From a bacterium (GTDB taxonomy: Bacteria > Cyanobacteriota > Vampirovibrionia > LMEP-6097), in NCBI GenBank assembly GCA_046080385.1, contig JBJTTW010000267.1, forward strand, positions 1 through 54,489: a stretch of 54,489 nt of DNA, in the 5' to 3' direction. Positions 8,916 to 19,326 of this stretch are shown here, one piece after another. Position 1 is the stretch's first letter; every line of letters starts with the position of its first letter. The notes below the pieces were generated by a model. It was not told where the DNA came from and did not search any database. It saw nothing but the letters and a program-made list of their open reading frames with translations. The translations under genes were made by a program, and so were the position numbers.

Positions 8916-9879
8916 CACATTCTATCTAATCGGCATTATCGGCTGTCTCTGGGTCAGCTATGATTTTATACGTAAAATATTACTCAAAAGAATAAAGCCA
9001 TTACCTGTAGTAATTTTCCTAGAATTTGGTCAAGCAGCAGTTTACTTAAGCTACGGCTATCTCTCTCAGCAATTAACTTATAGTCATGAATATATTTTCC
9101 CTGGTCTTGTAACTGCTGTCTTTGCCTCAATAGGAACCTTCTTGCTAGCTAAAGCTATCTCAATTTCACCACTCAGCAGTGTCATCCCATTTCTTTCTTT
9201 CCTACCTTTTTTCACTGTAATATTTGGCAGTTTAATATTAAAGGAAAACCTTTCTCTGATTCAGCTTTCAGGATTAATTCTTTTAGTTTCAGCTTCTTTG
9301 ATGATTAATTACCAAGGCAAGAAAGTATACTCTATCCTAGAATTATTTCAAACCCTTTACCAAGATCTCACTCATGAAAAGGGTTGCGTCCTAGTTATTA
9401 TTACTTCTCTTGCTTGGGCTTTCGCTATACCTTTTGATAAGCTTGCTATCCAAGCTACTAATCCTATATCTCACGCTCTTTGCCATGCGATACTCTGCGG
9501 AACTATATTTAGCATCGCTCGCTTCTTTTCTAAAAGCAGCCCTTGGGGTGATACTAATTTTTTAGAAATAAATCTGCAAGATAATGAAAACAGAGGAGAT
9601 AGAATTACGAATAAATCGCTCTCAAGTAAACAGTTCCATCAAATGCCAAGCACATACTGGTTACTATTACTAGGCACAATAAATGCTTCATTTGCCATGG
9701 TATTACAGTTTATGGCTTATCAAATTTCCTATGTAGGCTTGGTCGAAGCTGGTAAGCGATCCATATCTCTTTTCTGTAATTTATTTATCGGTGCTTTAAT
9801 TTTCAAAGAGCCTGTCAATAAATTTAAACTTTCAGGTACTATGCTAATTTTAATAGCTACTATTCTACTTTTAAATTAA
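8908..9879 (+). CDS. Polytopic membrane protein, EamA/DMT-like transporter
   Basis: About 10 hydrophobic segments in two halves. TTG start, which is uncertain. Confidence 0.55.
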   Translation: MSNTFYLIGIIGCLWVSYDFIRKILLKRIKPLPVVIFLEFGQAAVYLSYGYLSQQLTYSHEYIFPGLVTAVFASIGTFLLAKAISISPLSSVIPFLSFLPFFTVIFGSLILKENLSLIQLSGLILLVSASLMINYQGKKVYSILELFQTLYQDLTHEKGCVLVIITSLAWAFAIPFDKLAIQATNPISHALCHAILCGTIFSIARFFSKSSPWGDTNFLEINLQDNENRGDRITNKSLSSKQFHQMPSTYWLLLLGTINASFAMVLQFMAYQISYVGLVEAGKRSISLFCNLFIGALIFKEPVNKFKLSGTMLILIATILLLN

Positions 9880-9885
9880 AAATTT

Positions 9886-11310
9886 ATGCAGGAAATACAG
9901 TTAACAAACGGGAAACACGGTCACACTCTGAATGCCACACAAATCTTCTCCCCAGACGGTAATTGGTTAGTCTTCGATACTCGCAACGATGATACTCATA
10001 TAAGCCGCACGGGAAGTATCTGTAAGTTAAATATTGCGACTAAAGAAGTTATAGAACTTTATAAAACTAAAAATCAAAGCATTTATGGACCAGGGGTCGG
10101 GGCAGCAGCTTGGAACCCTGTCAATGACCAGATTATTTTCATTCATGGTCTTTTAAATTGTGATAAAGAAAAGCCTTACAGCTTCACAAGAAGGTTTGGA
10201 GCGATTATTTCAGGGAATCATCAAGCGGGCGAAAACGCAGAAATTGGAGTTCGGCAGCAGTGCCATCATGCGGAAGGGAGGAATATTCAAGAACCACTTA
10301 GCAAAGGAGCCTTAAGAGGCGGAACCCATGCTCATACGTGGAGTGCTGATGGCAAGTGGATTAGCTTTACTTACAACGATTATGTTATGGAATGTTTAGA
10401 AAAAACTTCTTCAAGTGAAAGAAAAGACTTGAGGACTATCGGCGTGATGACGATAGTAGAGAATATTCATGAGGATCGTGAGGCGGGTGAAAACGCAGAA
10501 ATTGGAGTTCGGCAGCAGTGCCCTGAAGAGAATTTCAGAGGAAGGTATTTCACGGTAATAACAGCTAAAGTTACAGAAAATCCTCAATTCGGCAGTGATG
10601 AAATAGAGCGAGCTTTCGATGAATGCTGGCTAGGGAAAAATGGTTACACGAAAGACGATAGCACTGTTCACAATGGTTCACAGCAGGCACGAGCCATAGC
10701 CTTTCAAGGAAATGTCCGTTCACTAGATGGGACTTTAGTTACAGAAGTTTTTATAGCAGATATTCCAGAGGATATAACACAATCACTCACAGATAAGCCA
10801 TTAGAAGGCACTTTAGATACAAGGCCTAATGTACCAGCAGGTTTAGTGCAAAGAAGAATTACTTTTACTACGGAAAGAAAATACCCTGGGCTTCAAGGAC
10901 CACGTTTCAGGCTACGCAGTTCAGCAGATGGAAGCTTGATTTATTTTCTAATGAAAGATGATAACGATATAGTTCAAATCTACTCAGTGAGCAGCATTAA
11001 AGATACTAAAAATATAATCACAAATCAGCCACTTAAACAAATAACAAATTTTAAATACTCAATTCAGTCACAATTCAATCTCAGCCCTGATGATAAATAC
11101 ATTTCAGTACTGTCTAACAATCAAATATATTTAGTTAACGTGCAAGATGGCAATATAACTAAGATCAGTGAGAGATACAGTGATAGAGAAGCACCAATCA
11201 GCGGCATACACTGGAGTCCAGACGGTAAAAGTTTAATTTACAATCGTTATGCCTTTATGGAAGATGCTTACTATATTCAGATTTTTCAAAGACTAATACC
11301 AAATGTGTAA
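9886..11310 (+). CDS. Beta-propeller (TolB/DUF3748-like) protein with two R1-derived in-frame inserts
   Basis: Repeated ..SPDG(N/K)W.. propeller-blade motifs. It contains GENAEIGVRQQC twice, encoded by nearly identical DNA. Confidence 0.6.
   Translation: MQEIQLTNGKHGHTLNATQIFSPDGNWLVFDTRNDDTHISRTGSICKLNIATKEVIELYKTKNQSIYGPGVGAAAWNPVNDQIIFIHGLLNCDKEKPYSFTRRFGAIISGNHQAGENAEIGVRQQCHHAEGRNIQEPLSKGALRGGTHAHTWSADGKWISFTYNDYVMECLEKTSSSERKDLRTIGVMTIVENIHEDREAGENAEIGVRQQCPEENFRGRYFTVITAKVTENPQFGSDEIERAFDECWLGKNGYTKDDSTVHNGSQQARAIAFQGNVRSLDGTLVTEVFIADIPEDITQSLTDKPLEGTLDTRPNVPAGLVQRRITFTTERKYPGLQGPRFRLRSSADGSLIYFLMKDDNDIVQIYSVSSIKDTKNIITNQPLKQITNFKYSIQSQFNLSPDDKYISVLSNNQIYLVNVQDGNITKISERYSDREAPISGIHWSPDGKSLIYNRYAFMEDAYYIQIFQRLIPNV
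10214..10264 (+). repeat. R1 right-half element inside a CDS
   Basis: ggaatcatcaagcgggcgaaaacgcagaaattggagttcggcagcagtgcc aligns to the right half of R1. Same reading frame as the 1769 copy. Confidence 0.8.
10468..10522 (+). repeat. R1 right-half element inside a CDS
   Basis: catgaggatcgtgaggcgggtgaaaacgcagaaattggagttcggcagcagtgcc. Same frame (HEDREAGENAEIGVRQQC). Confidence 0.8.
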
Positions 11311-11334
11311 CAACGCAAAAAATAAAATCACAGA

Positions 11335-12243
11335 TCATCCTTCACGATAAAACCACTGAATCTCTGGATTAGCCCTAAACCAAGTCATCTGCCTTTTCGC
11401 ATACCTTCTAGTTCTTAACTGTATTTGATTTACAGCTTCATCTAAGCTCATAAGCCCTGAAAGATAATCGGCAAGCTCTCTATATCCAATAGTGCTATCT
11501 ATAGTTTTCACTCTGCCATATTTGTTGATTAAAGCCTTAACTTCATCAAGAAAACCGCAGTCAATCATGCGTAAAACCCTTTCATTGATTAAATTATAGA
11601 GATCCTCTCGCCTTTTAAAATCTAAACCAATATACAGAGAGTCATTGCGAGCTTCTTGGCTTTTATTTCTAAGTTCACTTAAAGGTTTTCCCGTACTAAT
11701 AACTAACTCTAAAGCTCTGATTACCCGCACTTTATTCTGAACATCTATTAAATTTAAAGCAGTTGAATCATTTTCTTGAAGCATCAGTAAAAGCTCATCT
11801 AAAGATTTTTGATTAAGCTCATCTCTTAAAGCTTGATTAGTATTCACTGCGGGCATTTCTAAATTTTCTAAAGCAGCTTTAATATATAGACCAGTGCCGC
11901 CCACTACTATAATTTTCTTTTCTGGATTTAGCTTCCATATATTTTTAACTACATTATCAAAATCCTTTTGATAATCACCAGCCGAATAAGCTTCTGTAAT
12001 AGATTTAAGATCCACCAAATGATGCTTTACCCTCTCTAGCTCATCAAAAGAAGGCTTAGCCGTACCTATATCCATTTCTCTGAAAATTAAGCGACTATCA
12101 GCATTAATAATCTCTGTGTTAAATTTTTCTGCAAGCTCTATAGCTATATCAGTTTTCCCAGTACAGGTAGGTCCCACAATTGCAATTAGCTTTTTTGGGC
12201 TAGTATCAATATAATTTAGAATTGAGTCTGTAATTAATGGCAT
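11335..12243 (-). CDS. miaA: tRNA dimethylallyltransferase
   Basis: P-loop GPTCTGKT and MiaA-like sequence throughout. Confidence 0.9.
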   Translation of the reverse strand: MPLITDSILNYIDTSPKKLIAIVGPTCTGKTDIAIELAEKFNTEIINADSRLIFREMDIGTAKPSFDELERVKHHLVDLKSITEAYSAGDYQKDFDNVVKNIWKLNPEKKIIVVGGTGLYIKAALENLEMPAVNTNQALRDELNQKSLDELLLMLQENDSTALNLIDVQNKVRVIRALELVISTGKPLSELRNKSQEARNDSLYIGLDFKRREDLYNLINERVLRMIDCGFLDEVKALINKYGRVKTIDSTIGYRELADYLSGLMSLDEAVNQIQLRTRRYAKRQMTWFRANPEIQWFYREG

Positions 12244-14513
12244 TAAAACAAAACCTCCCTAGCCTTTTTTTCAAAGTATTGATTATACTGCTTGGTTCAC
12301 TAATTTTCACCTCGTTAGTAGGTGTCAGGTCTTGGTACAAGCCACTACTTTCAATCAAAGAAGTAAGCCCTGTAAGCGTAGTCTTAGAAAAAGGTGTAAA
12401 AGTTCTTGATGAAGTAGCCACGAACCAGCTTAAGGAAGAAACTAAGACTAAATCCATTTATAACCTTAATAATCAAGAGGTTTTAACGGTCGATGATACA
12501 GCCACACAGAAGAGCTTAGAAGAACTAAAAATTTACGTAAAAGTCATACAAGCGACCTTAAGCGGACAGAGATCTTACGAAATGCCGATTATAAGCAGGA
12601 TTGGTATTCATATGCAGATGACTTTAATACAATTAAACGATCATAAATTCAAAGAAATTCAAGCAGTTCTTGATGGCAATACCTCTGCTGGTGAATTTAT
12701 CAATTCAGATTATGAAAAAATAGTTTTGGCGATTAGTAATCTTAGTAGCTTTGAAAAAAATTACTTTTTAAAAGAGATAGAACGCTTCCGTCTTGAATTT
12801 AAAAATGAAAAAAAAGTAATTAAGAATCTTGGTGCTAATTTTTTTCTTGACCTACAAAAGCTCACAGATAAAAAAGAATTCCTTTATAGACTTTTTATCG
12901 TACAGAAAAAACTTTTAAATATAGGTATAGTAAATGGTCTCCCAAAATCTAAAATTACTAAAAATATAGAGATACTTTTTCCGAGCTTAAGAGGCTTAGA
13001 GCTTGATTTAACTAAAAAAATTATTCTTAACACTACTAGCCCTAATATAAAGATAGACTGGAAAAAAGTAGAAGATCTGGAAAATCAAGCCCTAGCTTCA
13101 GTTTCAGATATTTACGTAAAACTGCCAATAGGAACAGTTTTAGCCGAAAAAGGTAAAAAAATCTCAGAGAAAAACTATTATTATATGAAAAATTTAAACC
13201 TGCTCAGACCAGAAGCTGACTGGAGTTTAGAAATAAAATACCTTGGCATCGTCTATATAGCCGTATTCTTAATGAGCCTATATATTTTCCTAATAGAGAA
13301 GCGGAAATACAGTATCCAACGACTCGCCATGATATTCACTGTAGTACTTGGCTCTCAAGCAGTGATATCTGCTATTTCTTTATGGGGGATAAATAAACTA
13401 GCTATAGTTCCTATTTCTCTAGTGCCCATATTACTAACCGTTTTTTATCTACCTAAACTCGCCCTATTTAGCTCATTACTAATGAATTTTTTCCTAATGT
13501 ACAGCTTTGATTTAAATTTCTGGCAAGTTTTACCTCTTTTAGCTGGTTCTATTTACGCGATATATTTAACCAAACACTCTCACCAAAGAGAAGATTTAGC
13601 AAATGCTGGAACTAAAATAGCTCTATGTCAGGGTTTAGTATTCTTATTCTCCGTCTTAATAGCTGTAAAAAACTTTAGTGTAAGTACAGTTCTCGTCATT
13701 ACAGCACTCTATGCTTTAAGTGGAATACTCTCTGGTCTAATAGCACTAGCAGTCTTACCATATTTAGAATTCACCTTCAGACTATTAACGCCATTTCGTT
13801 TATCCGAGCTATCTAATCCAAATCAGCTACTACTCAAAAAACTTAAAGAAGAAGCACCTGGTACTTATGAGCATTCGCTAAATGTCTCTCGCTACGCTGA
13901 AGAAGCTTCTAACGCCATAGGAGCTAATACAGAACTGATCAGAGTTGGTCTTCTATACCACGATATAGGGAAAACCTATAATCCAGACTACTTCATAGAA
14001 AATAATTTAGGGAAACCTAATCCTCATACGACTTTAGATGACCCTAAAAAATCAGCTGAAATAATAATCGCTCATGTACCAGAAGGCATTAAATTAGCGA
14101 AAAAACATAAATTACCAGAAGCCATTATAGATTTCATTCCTATGCATCAAGGAACTACGGTAACCAACTATTTCTATGTGAAAGCCTTAGAGAAATACGG
14201 AAAATCTAATATCAATATTATGGATTTTAAATACCCTGGTCCTATTCCTAATTCTAGAGAAGCTGGCATTGCGATGATTGCAGACTCTGCTGAAGCAGCC
14301 TTAAAAAGTGAAAAAGAACTGAACAGTGAAAATGATGTCAGAGAAAAAATTGCGAAGATCATCAGTGCTAGAGTTAATGAAGGTGAACTTAGAAATTCTA
14401 ATTTAAACGCAGAAGAATTAGAATTGATAAAGGATTCATTTGTAAAAGTTTGGAAAAGTAGAAATCATGACAGAATTAAATACCCTGAGCAAAGCAAGCC
14501 CCCTATTGATTGA
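12237..14513 (+). CDS. 7TM receptor with HD hydrolase domain (7TMR-HD, PgpH/YqfF family)
   Basis: Extracellular domain, 7 TM segments, then an HD domain with ..LLYHDIGKT... The start is uncertain. Confidence 0.8.
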   Translation: MALKQNLPSLFFKVLIILLGSLIFTSLVGVRSWYKPLLSIKEVSPVSVVLEKGVKVLDEVATNQLKEETKTKSIYNLNNQEVLTVDDTATQKSLEELKIYVKVIQATLSGQRSYEMPIISRIGIHMQMTLIQLNDHKFKEIQAVLDGNTSAGEFINSDYEKIVLAISNLSSFEKNYFLKEIERFRLEFKNEKKVIKNLGANFFLDLQKLTDKKEFLYRLFIVQKKLLNIGIVNGLPKSKITKNIEILFPSLRGLELDLTKKIILNTTSPNIKIDWKKVEDLENQALASVSDIYVKLPIGTVLAEKGKKISEKNYYYMKNLNLLRPEADWSLEIKYLGIVYIAVFLMSLYIFLIEKRKYSIQRLAMIFTVVLGSQAVISAISLWGINKLAIVPISLVPILLTVFYLPKLALFSSLLMNFFLMYSFDLNFWQVLPLLAGSIYAIYLTKHSHQREDLANAGTKIALCQGLVFLFSVLIAVKNFSVSTVLVITALYALSGILSGLIALAVLPYLEFTFRLLTPFRLSELSNPNQLLLKKLKEEAPGTYEHSLNVSRYAEEASNAIGANTELIRVGLLYHDIGKTYNPDYFIENNLGKPNPHTTLDDPKKSAEIIIAHVPEGIKLAKKHKLPEAIIDFIPMHQGTTVTNYFYVKALEKYGKSNINIMDFKYPGPIPNSREAGIAMIADSAEAALKSEKELNSENDVREKIAKIISARVNEGELRNSNLNAEELELIKDSFVKVWKSRNHDRIKYPEQSKPPID

Positions 14514-15135
14514 GCAATTTGAGCTTGGTCCCATGGCTAATTACATCTATTTCATCGGTGATAAAGAAACTAAAGAAATAGTCGTAATAGATCCAGCTTG
14601 GGATGTGAATTTCATCAGAGATAAAGCCAAAGAAGCTGGGTTAAGCATTAAAGGAGCTTTAATCACCCATGGTCACCCTGATCATACTAACGGTATTAAT
14701 AAACTGTTAGAAACTCATGATATACCAGTCTATGTCTCTAAAGAGGAAGCGAACTTTTATAAGCCAATTGGTGAAAATATTATAGAAGTCGATGCGACTT
14801 TCAATTTAGATATAGGAAATATTCGTATAGATTTTTTACATACACCAGGTCACACACCTGGTTCTCAGTGTTTTCTAGTAGAGGGTAATTTAGTAGCTGG
14901 CGATACACTATTTCTAGATGGCTGTGGTAGATGTGATCTACCCGGTGGAGATGTCGAAACGATGTTTGATACTATTCATCATAAACTAATGAAATTACCA
15001 GACCGCACCATGATATTTCCTGGTCATAATTACCATCACCTGCACTGTGATGAATTATGTAACCAAAAAAAGACTAATCCCTATATGCAAATGGATAACC
15101 TGCACGCCTTTATTAACAGAAGGCTACCTAGATAA
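14467..15135 (+). CDS. MBL-fold metallo-hydrolase (glyoxalase II-like)
   Basis: THGHPDH motif. An alternative ATG at 14533 would remove the overlap with the upstream gene. Confidence 0.8.
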   Translation: MTELNTLSKASPLLIEQFELGPMANYIYFIGDKETKEIVVIDPAWDVNFIRDKAKEAGLSIKGALITHGHPDHTNGINKLLETHDIPVYVSKEEANFYKPIGENIIEVDATFNLDIGNIRIDFLHTPGHTPGSQCFLVEGNLVAGDTLFLDGCGRCDLPGGDVETMFDTIHHKLMKLPDRTMIFPGHNYHHLHCDELCNQKKTNPYMQMDNLHAFINRRLPR

Positions 15136-15146
15136 AAGAATTTCAT

Positions 15147-15179
15147 TAATCGTCTAATAATCGTCTAATAATCGCCTAA
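15147..15179 (+). repeat. 3 x 11-bp direct repeat upstream of a Fic gene
   Basis: taatcgtctaa taatcgtctaa taatcgcctaa, ending 30 nt before ATG 15209. Confidence 0.7.
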
Positions 15180-15208
15180 TATTATTAACTATTGGGTATG
15201 ATTAAAAT

Positions 15209-16291
15209 ATGTCAAACGGCTTCAATCCGACATATTCTATCAGTCCAAGGTTATTAGAAAATATAAAACAAATAACCTTATTAATTAATGAGTTAAATCA
15301 GGCTAAGCTCACACGTATAGTGCTATTAAACTTGGAAGAAAATGCAAGACAGGTATCTACTTACTCATCTACAGCCATAGAAGGAAACCCATTACCTTTA
15401 ACTGCTGTAAAGAAAATTTTAAAAAATCAACCAAATCATCTGAGGGACACCGAACAAGAAATTACAAATTATAATGAGGCTTTAATTTATTTAAGAAATT
15501 ACAATCAAACAGCTAAATTAGATTTTAAAACTAAGACTCAAGAAAAAGCATCGGTTAATTTAAAACTAATTTTAGAGATTCAGAAAATAGTAATGCTCAA
15601 ACTCCTGCCAAAAGCTAAACTTGGTAAATTACGCAAAGAACCTGTTTTTGTAAATAATCCTCAAACAGGTAAAACCATCTACTGGCCGCCAGATCACCAC
15701 GAAGTACCTAAACTAATAAATGAACTGATAAACTTCACCAGTAAAAATACACATATTCTAGACCCAATAATACTAGCTGGTATTTTTCATAAACAGTTCG
15801 TAGTAATCCATCCCTTTATAGATGGAAATGGACGCTGCACACGTCTTTTAACTAAACATCTACTTGCTAATTTAGGTCTAAATACCTTTCACCTATTTAG
15901 TTTTGAAAATTACTATAACCAAAACGTTACTGAATATTTTCAATTAGTGGGTATCAGGGGAAATTATTATGATATTTATAAAAAATTAGACTTCTCTGAA
16001 TGGCTAGAATATTTCAGCAGTGGAATCATAGATGAACTACTCAGAATAAGGCCTTTCATCAAACAAGAATCCATAAATCCAAAAAATACTTTAGAGAAAC
16101 ATGACAAAAAAATTTTAGATTACATTAACAAGCATGGTTTTATTACGGATAAAATTTATAGCTCACTTACAGAAAGGGCTAAAGCTACTCGCAGCTTAGA
16201 TTTTCAAAAACTAATACAGCTAGATCTAATCCAAAAACTAGGTAAAGGGCCAGCTACTTACTACAAGCTTATAAATAAATCTTTCACGTGA
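15209..16291 (+). CDS. Fic family protein with C-terminal wHTH
   Basis: Fic motif HPFIDGNGRCTRLL. Confidence 0.85.
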   Translation: MSNGFNPTYSISPRLLENIKQITLLINELNQAKLTRIVLLNLEENARQVSTYSSTAIEGNPLPLTAVKKILKNQPNHLRDTEQEITNYNEALIYLRNYNQTAKLDFKTKTQEKASVNLKLILEIQKIVMLKLLPKAKLGKLRKEPVFVNNPQTGKTIYWPPDHHEVPKLINELINFTSKNTHILDPIILAGIFHKQFVVIHPFIDGNGRCTRLLTKHLLANLGLNTFHLFSFENYYNQNVTEYFQLVGIRGNYYDIYKKLDFSEWLEYFSSGIIDELLRIRPFIKQESINPKNTLEKHDKKILDYINKHGFITDKIYSSLTERAKATRSLDFQKLIQLDLIQKLGKGPATYYKLINKSFT

Positions 16292-16292
16292 T

Positions 16293-16355
16293 GGGCGTGT
16301 AGCGAAACTCCAATTTCTGCGTTTTCCTTGAACTTGTTCGTTCGGCTACACGCCC
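16293..16355 (-). mobile_element. R1 element, short form (internal deletion)
   Basis: Arms are gggcgtgtagcgaaac / gttcggctacacgccc. The core is reduced to tccaatttctgcgttttc|cttgaacttgttc. Flanking pentamers are GTGAT / ATGAT (4/5). It starts 1 nt after the Fic stop codon. Confidence 0.8.
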
Positions 16356-16372
16356 ATGATAAAATACCACCC

Positions 16373-17296
16373 ATGCAGACTATGAAACCTAAAATTCTCA
16401 GCCACTTTGAACAACTCGAAGCTGAAAGCATACATATCATCAGAGAAGTAGTCGCAGAGTTTAAAAACCCTGTAATGCTTTATTCAGTAGGTAAAGATTC
16501 GTCAGTAATGCTACATCTAGCTCGTAAAGCTTTTTATCCAGCAGCTATCCCCTTTCCTTTGATGCACATAGACACTGGTTATAAATTCAAAGAAATGTAT
16601 GAATTTAGAGATTCCTTTGCTAAAGAATTAGGTGCTAGGTTAATTATTAATCGTAATGAAAATGCTATCGCAAATAATATGAATCCTTTTAAATATGGGA
16701 CTACTACTTGTTGCGGCGCACTAAAAACTGGTGCTCTTTTAGACGGCTTAAACAAACATGGTTTTGATGCTGCCTTCGGGGGAGCTCGCAGAGATGAAGA
16801 GAAATCTAGAGCGAAAGAGAGGGTCTACTCCTTTAGAGATAGCTTTGGGCAGTGGGACCCAAAAAATCAGCGCCCTGAATTATGGAATATTTATAATGCA
16901 AGAATCAGTCCTGGAGAAAGTATTAGAGTCTTCCCTCTATCTAACTGGACTGAGCTTGATATCTGGGAATACATTAAACTTGAAAGTATTCCAATAGTAC
17001 CTATTTACTACGCTCAGGAAAGAGAAGTAGTTATTCGTAATGGCATTATTATACCTGTAGACTATAGCCAAGAATATTTAAAACCTCGTGCTGGAGAAGA
17101 AGTTAAAGTTTTAAAATGCAGATTCCGTTCGCTCGGCTGTATGCCTTGCACTGGAGCCATAGAATCATCTGCGATTGATATAGATGGGATCATCAATGAA
17201 GCGAAGGTAGCAAAAAAATCCGAACGTGAAAATCGCGTCATAGACTTAGGTTCAGACAGCTCAATGGAAGATAAAAAGAAAGAAGGATATTTTTAA
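16373..17296 (+). CDS. cysD: Sulfate adenylyltransferase subunit 2
   Basis: ..[12 protein letters not shown].. and PP-loop SVGKDSSV. The ORF-track start at 16328 lies inside R1, so ATG 16373 is preferred. Confidence 0.9.
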   Translation: MQTMKPKILSHFEQLEAESIHIIREVVAEFKNPVMLYSVGKDSSVMLHLARKAFYPAAIPFPLMHIDTGYKFKEMYEFRDSFAKELGARLIINRNENAIANNMNPFKYGTTTCCGALKTGALLDGLNKHGFDAAFGGARRDEEKSRAKERVYSFRDSFGQWDPKNQRPELWNIYNARISPGESIRVFPLSNWTELDIWEYIKLESIPIVPIYYAQEREVVIRNGIIIPVDYSQEYLKPRAGEEVKVLKCRFRSLGCMPCTGAIESSAIDIDGIINEAKVAKKSERENRVIDLGSDSSMEDKKKEGYF

Positions 17297-17328
17297 AGAC
17301 ACTCTTTCCCCTGTGATATAATTTTTCC

Positions 17329-18123
17329 ATGCTAAGCCAAAAGAATTTTAGATATAACCTAATCAGAGAGTCACTTGAGACTAGATCATTCTTAAAAATA
17401 ATCTCTGGTATAAATAATTTTGACAAAGAAAAAGTTTTAAAAATAGCTCATGCTGTAAAGGCTGCTAGCGCTACAGCGATAGATATTTCCGCAAGAGAAG
17501 ATATTATCATCGCAGTTAGAGAGCTTTTAAAAGATACTGCTCTAGTGGTTTCATCCGTTAAAGTTGAAGAACTAAAAAGAGCTCAAGAACTTGGAGCTGA
17601 CATACTTGAGCTTGGTAATTTCGAGGCTCTTTATGAAGAAGGAATTTACTTATCAGCAGCTGAAGTTCTTGCATTAGCTAAAGAACTTACAGAAATTAAA
17701 ACAGAAGGAACTATGCTTTCCATAACTGTTCCTGGTCATTTAAATATTAGTGAACAAGTAGAATTAGCTAGAGACATAGAAAATCTAGGAGTAGAAATTA
17801 TTCAGACAGAAGGATCTTTACCGACAGATGCTAACACATCTAATACGCTTGGCGTTCTTCAAAAAGTTATGCTAACTCTTTCTAATACTATTGAGCTTAG
17901 TAAAAATCTCAAGAAGACCTTTATACTTACAGCTTCTGGCATAAGCCCTGACACAGCAGCTCTTGCTATTACAGCTGGCGCACACGGTATTGGAGTAGGT
18001 AAATATATTAATAAACTCGATTCAGAGTTAGAGATGCTGGCTTCTATTAAACGTCTTCAGGAATCACTATCTATAACTCAAATCGAAAAAACTCTTCAAG
18101 AACAAGAGCTGATTTTGAGTTAA
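17329..18123 (+). CDS. DUF561 / Ycf23-like TIM-barrel protein
   Basis: Length and the ..LKIISGINNFD.. start resemble cyanobacterial/plastid Ycf23, judged from memory. Confidence 0.55.
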   Translation: MLSQKNFRYNLIRESLETRSFLKIISGINNFDKEKVLKIAHAVKAASATAIDISAREDIIIAVRELLKDTALVVSSVKVEELKRAQELGADILELGNFEALYEEGIYLSAAEVLALAKELTEIKTEGTMLSITVPGHLNISEQVELARDIENLGVEIIQTEGSLPTDANTSNTLGVLQKVMLTLSNTIELSKNLKKTFILTASGISPDTAALAITAGAHGIGVGKYINKLDSELEMLASIKRLQESLSITQIEKTLQEQELILS

Positions 18124-18151
18124 TAACCCGACTCATAAATGGACTTTCATT

Positions 18152-19291
18152 TTGCAGCCCTTAACGACTAGGTACCTCAAGCGAATTGACACCTATATAT
18201 TTAATGAATTCGTTCTGCCTTTCTTAAGTGCAGGCGGTATTATAGCTGGGGTTTGGCTCGGGATAGATAGATTCAAACAAATATTTAAGCTCCTAGCTAA
18301 TGGTGATTACCCTTGGTATACAGGATTTTTAATATTAGTTTTAGATATTCCGAAAATTGCCTTAAATATTTTACCTATCTGTATTTTACTTGCCTGCTTT
18401 CTTTGTTTTCAAAAACTCTCAATTCAAGCAGAGTTCACCGCGATGAAAGCAGCTGGAGCCAATTATCTACGCATTCTAAAACCTGTGATGATTTTCGGTC
18501 TAATCGGTGTATTGAGTTGTTTTATTCTCGCTGAGATTTTAATCCCCGTGACTGGACCTCTCAACGATAGTATTTTCAAATCTGCAAAAAAAAGAGAAAG
18601 TAAAGAGGTTAAAAGCTTCACCTACACTAAGCACTACCCAAGCAAAGAAGTTCAACAAATATTTTATGCTAAATCAATCAAAGAAGATTTACTGACGAAC
18701 TTAGTCATAGTTGATTTTAATGATCAGGGTTTCATTAATATATACCTTGCGAAAAACGCTGAATGGGATTCAGAAAAGCATGGCTGGAATTTGGAAAAAG
18801 GAAATTCTAGTTTTATCGATCGTGCAGCGATGGATGATAATGAGGGTTTCAATCATATGGTCTCAAATTTTAAAAGCAAGTTTATAGAAAGCCAGACTAA
18901 TCCCCTTGATTTAATTGATGTTTATAAAAAAATACAAACTCTAAATATTCTTGAAATATGGGAATTAATAAAACTGCACGAGAAAAATAATATTGAAACT
19001 AGTAATCTAAATTCCTTAAAAACCAATTTCCAGCAACGTTTCGCATATCCTTTTACAGCTCTAATACTTGCTTTTATCGGCGCCCTCTTGGGATTTAGCT
19101 CTAGAAGAGAATCTCGTAACTGGAACTATATAACCCTCGGGCTAATAGTATTTTCTTTTTTTATGTTCCAGGCTATTTTTACTTCCTTTGGTGATTCTGG
19201 CAGAATGCCAGCCATACTTGCCATGTGGTTTCCAAATTTCCTATTATCACTAGTCGCGATCTTGATTTCCTATTTTAAAACTACTAAATAA
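18152..19291 (+). CDS. LptF/LptG-family LPS export permease
   Basis: 6-TM topology with a periplasmic beta-jellyroll-sized insert. TTG start. Confidence 0.7.
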   Translation: MQPLTTRYLKRIDTYIFNEFVLPFLSAGGIIAGVWLGIDRFKQIFKLLANGDYPWYTGFLILVLDIPKIALNILPICILLACFLCFQKLSIQAEFTAMKAAGANYLRILKPVMIFGLIGVLSCFILAEILIPVTGPLNDSIFKSAKKRESKEVKSFTYTKHYPSKEVQQIFYAKSIKEDLLTNLVIVDFNDQGFINIYLAKNAEWDSEKHGWNLEKGNSSFIDRAAMDDNEGFNHMVSNFKSKFIESQTNPLDLIDVYKKIQTLNILEIWELIKLHEKNNIETSNLNSLKTNFQQRFAYPFTALILAFIGALLGFSSRRESRNWNYITLGLIVFSFFMFQAIFTSFGDSGRMPAILAMWFPNFLLSLVAILISYFKTTK

Positions 19292-19326
19292 TAAATCCTC
19301 TGTAATTAGCTAAAATAGATAATCTA

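Noticed and set aside
12237-12243. Divergent miaA and 7TMR-HD genes overlap by 7 nt at their starts (ATGgCAT).
   Set aside because: It probably reflects start-codon choice. An in-frame TTG about 40 nt downstream could start the 7TMR-HD gene, and the miaA N-terminus is longer than usual. This is not secure enough to call.
16373-17296. cysD has no adjacent cysN or cysC, which might signal an unusual sulfate-activation arrangement.
   Set aside because: Partner genes are often unlinked, and this cannot be judged from one window.
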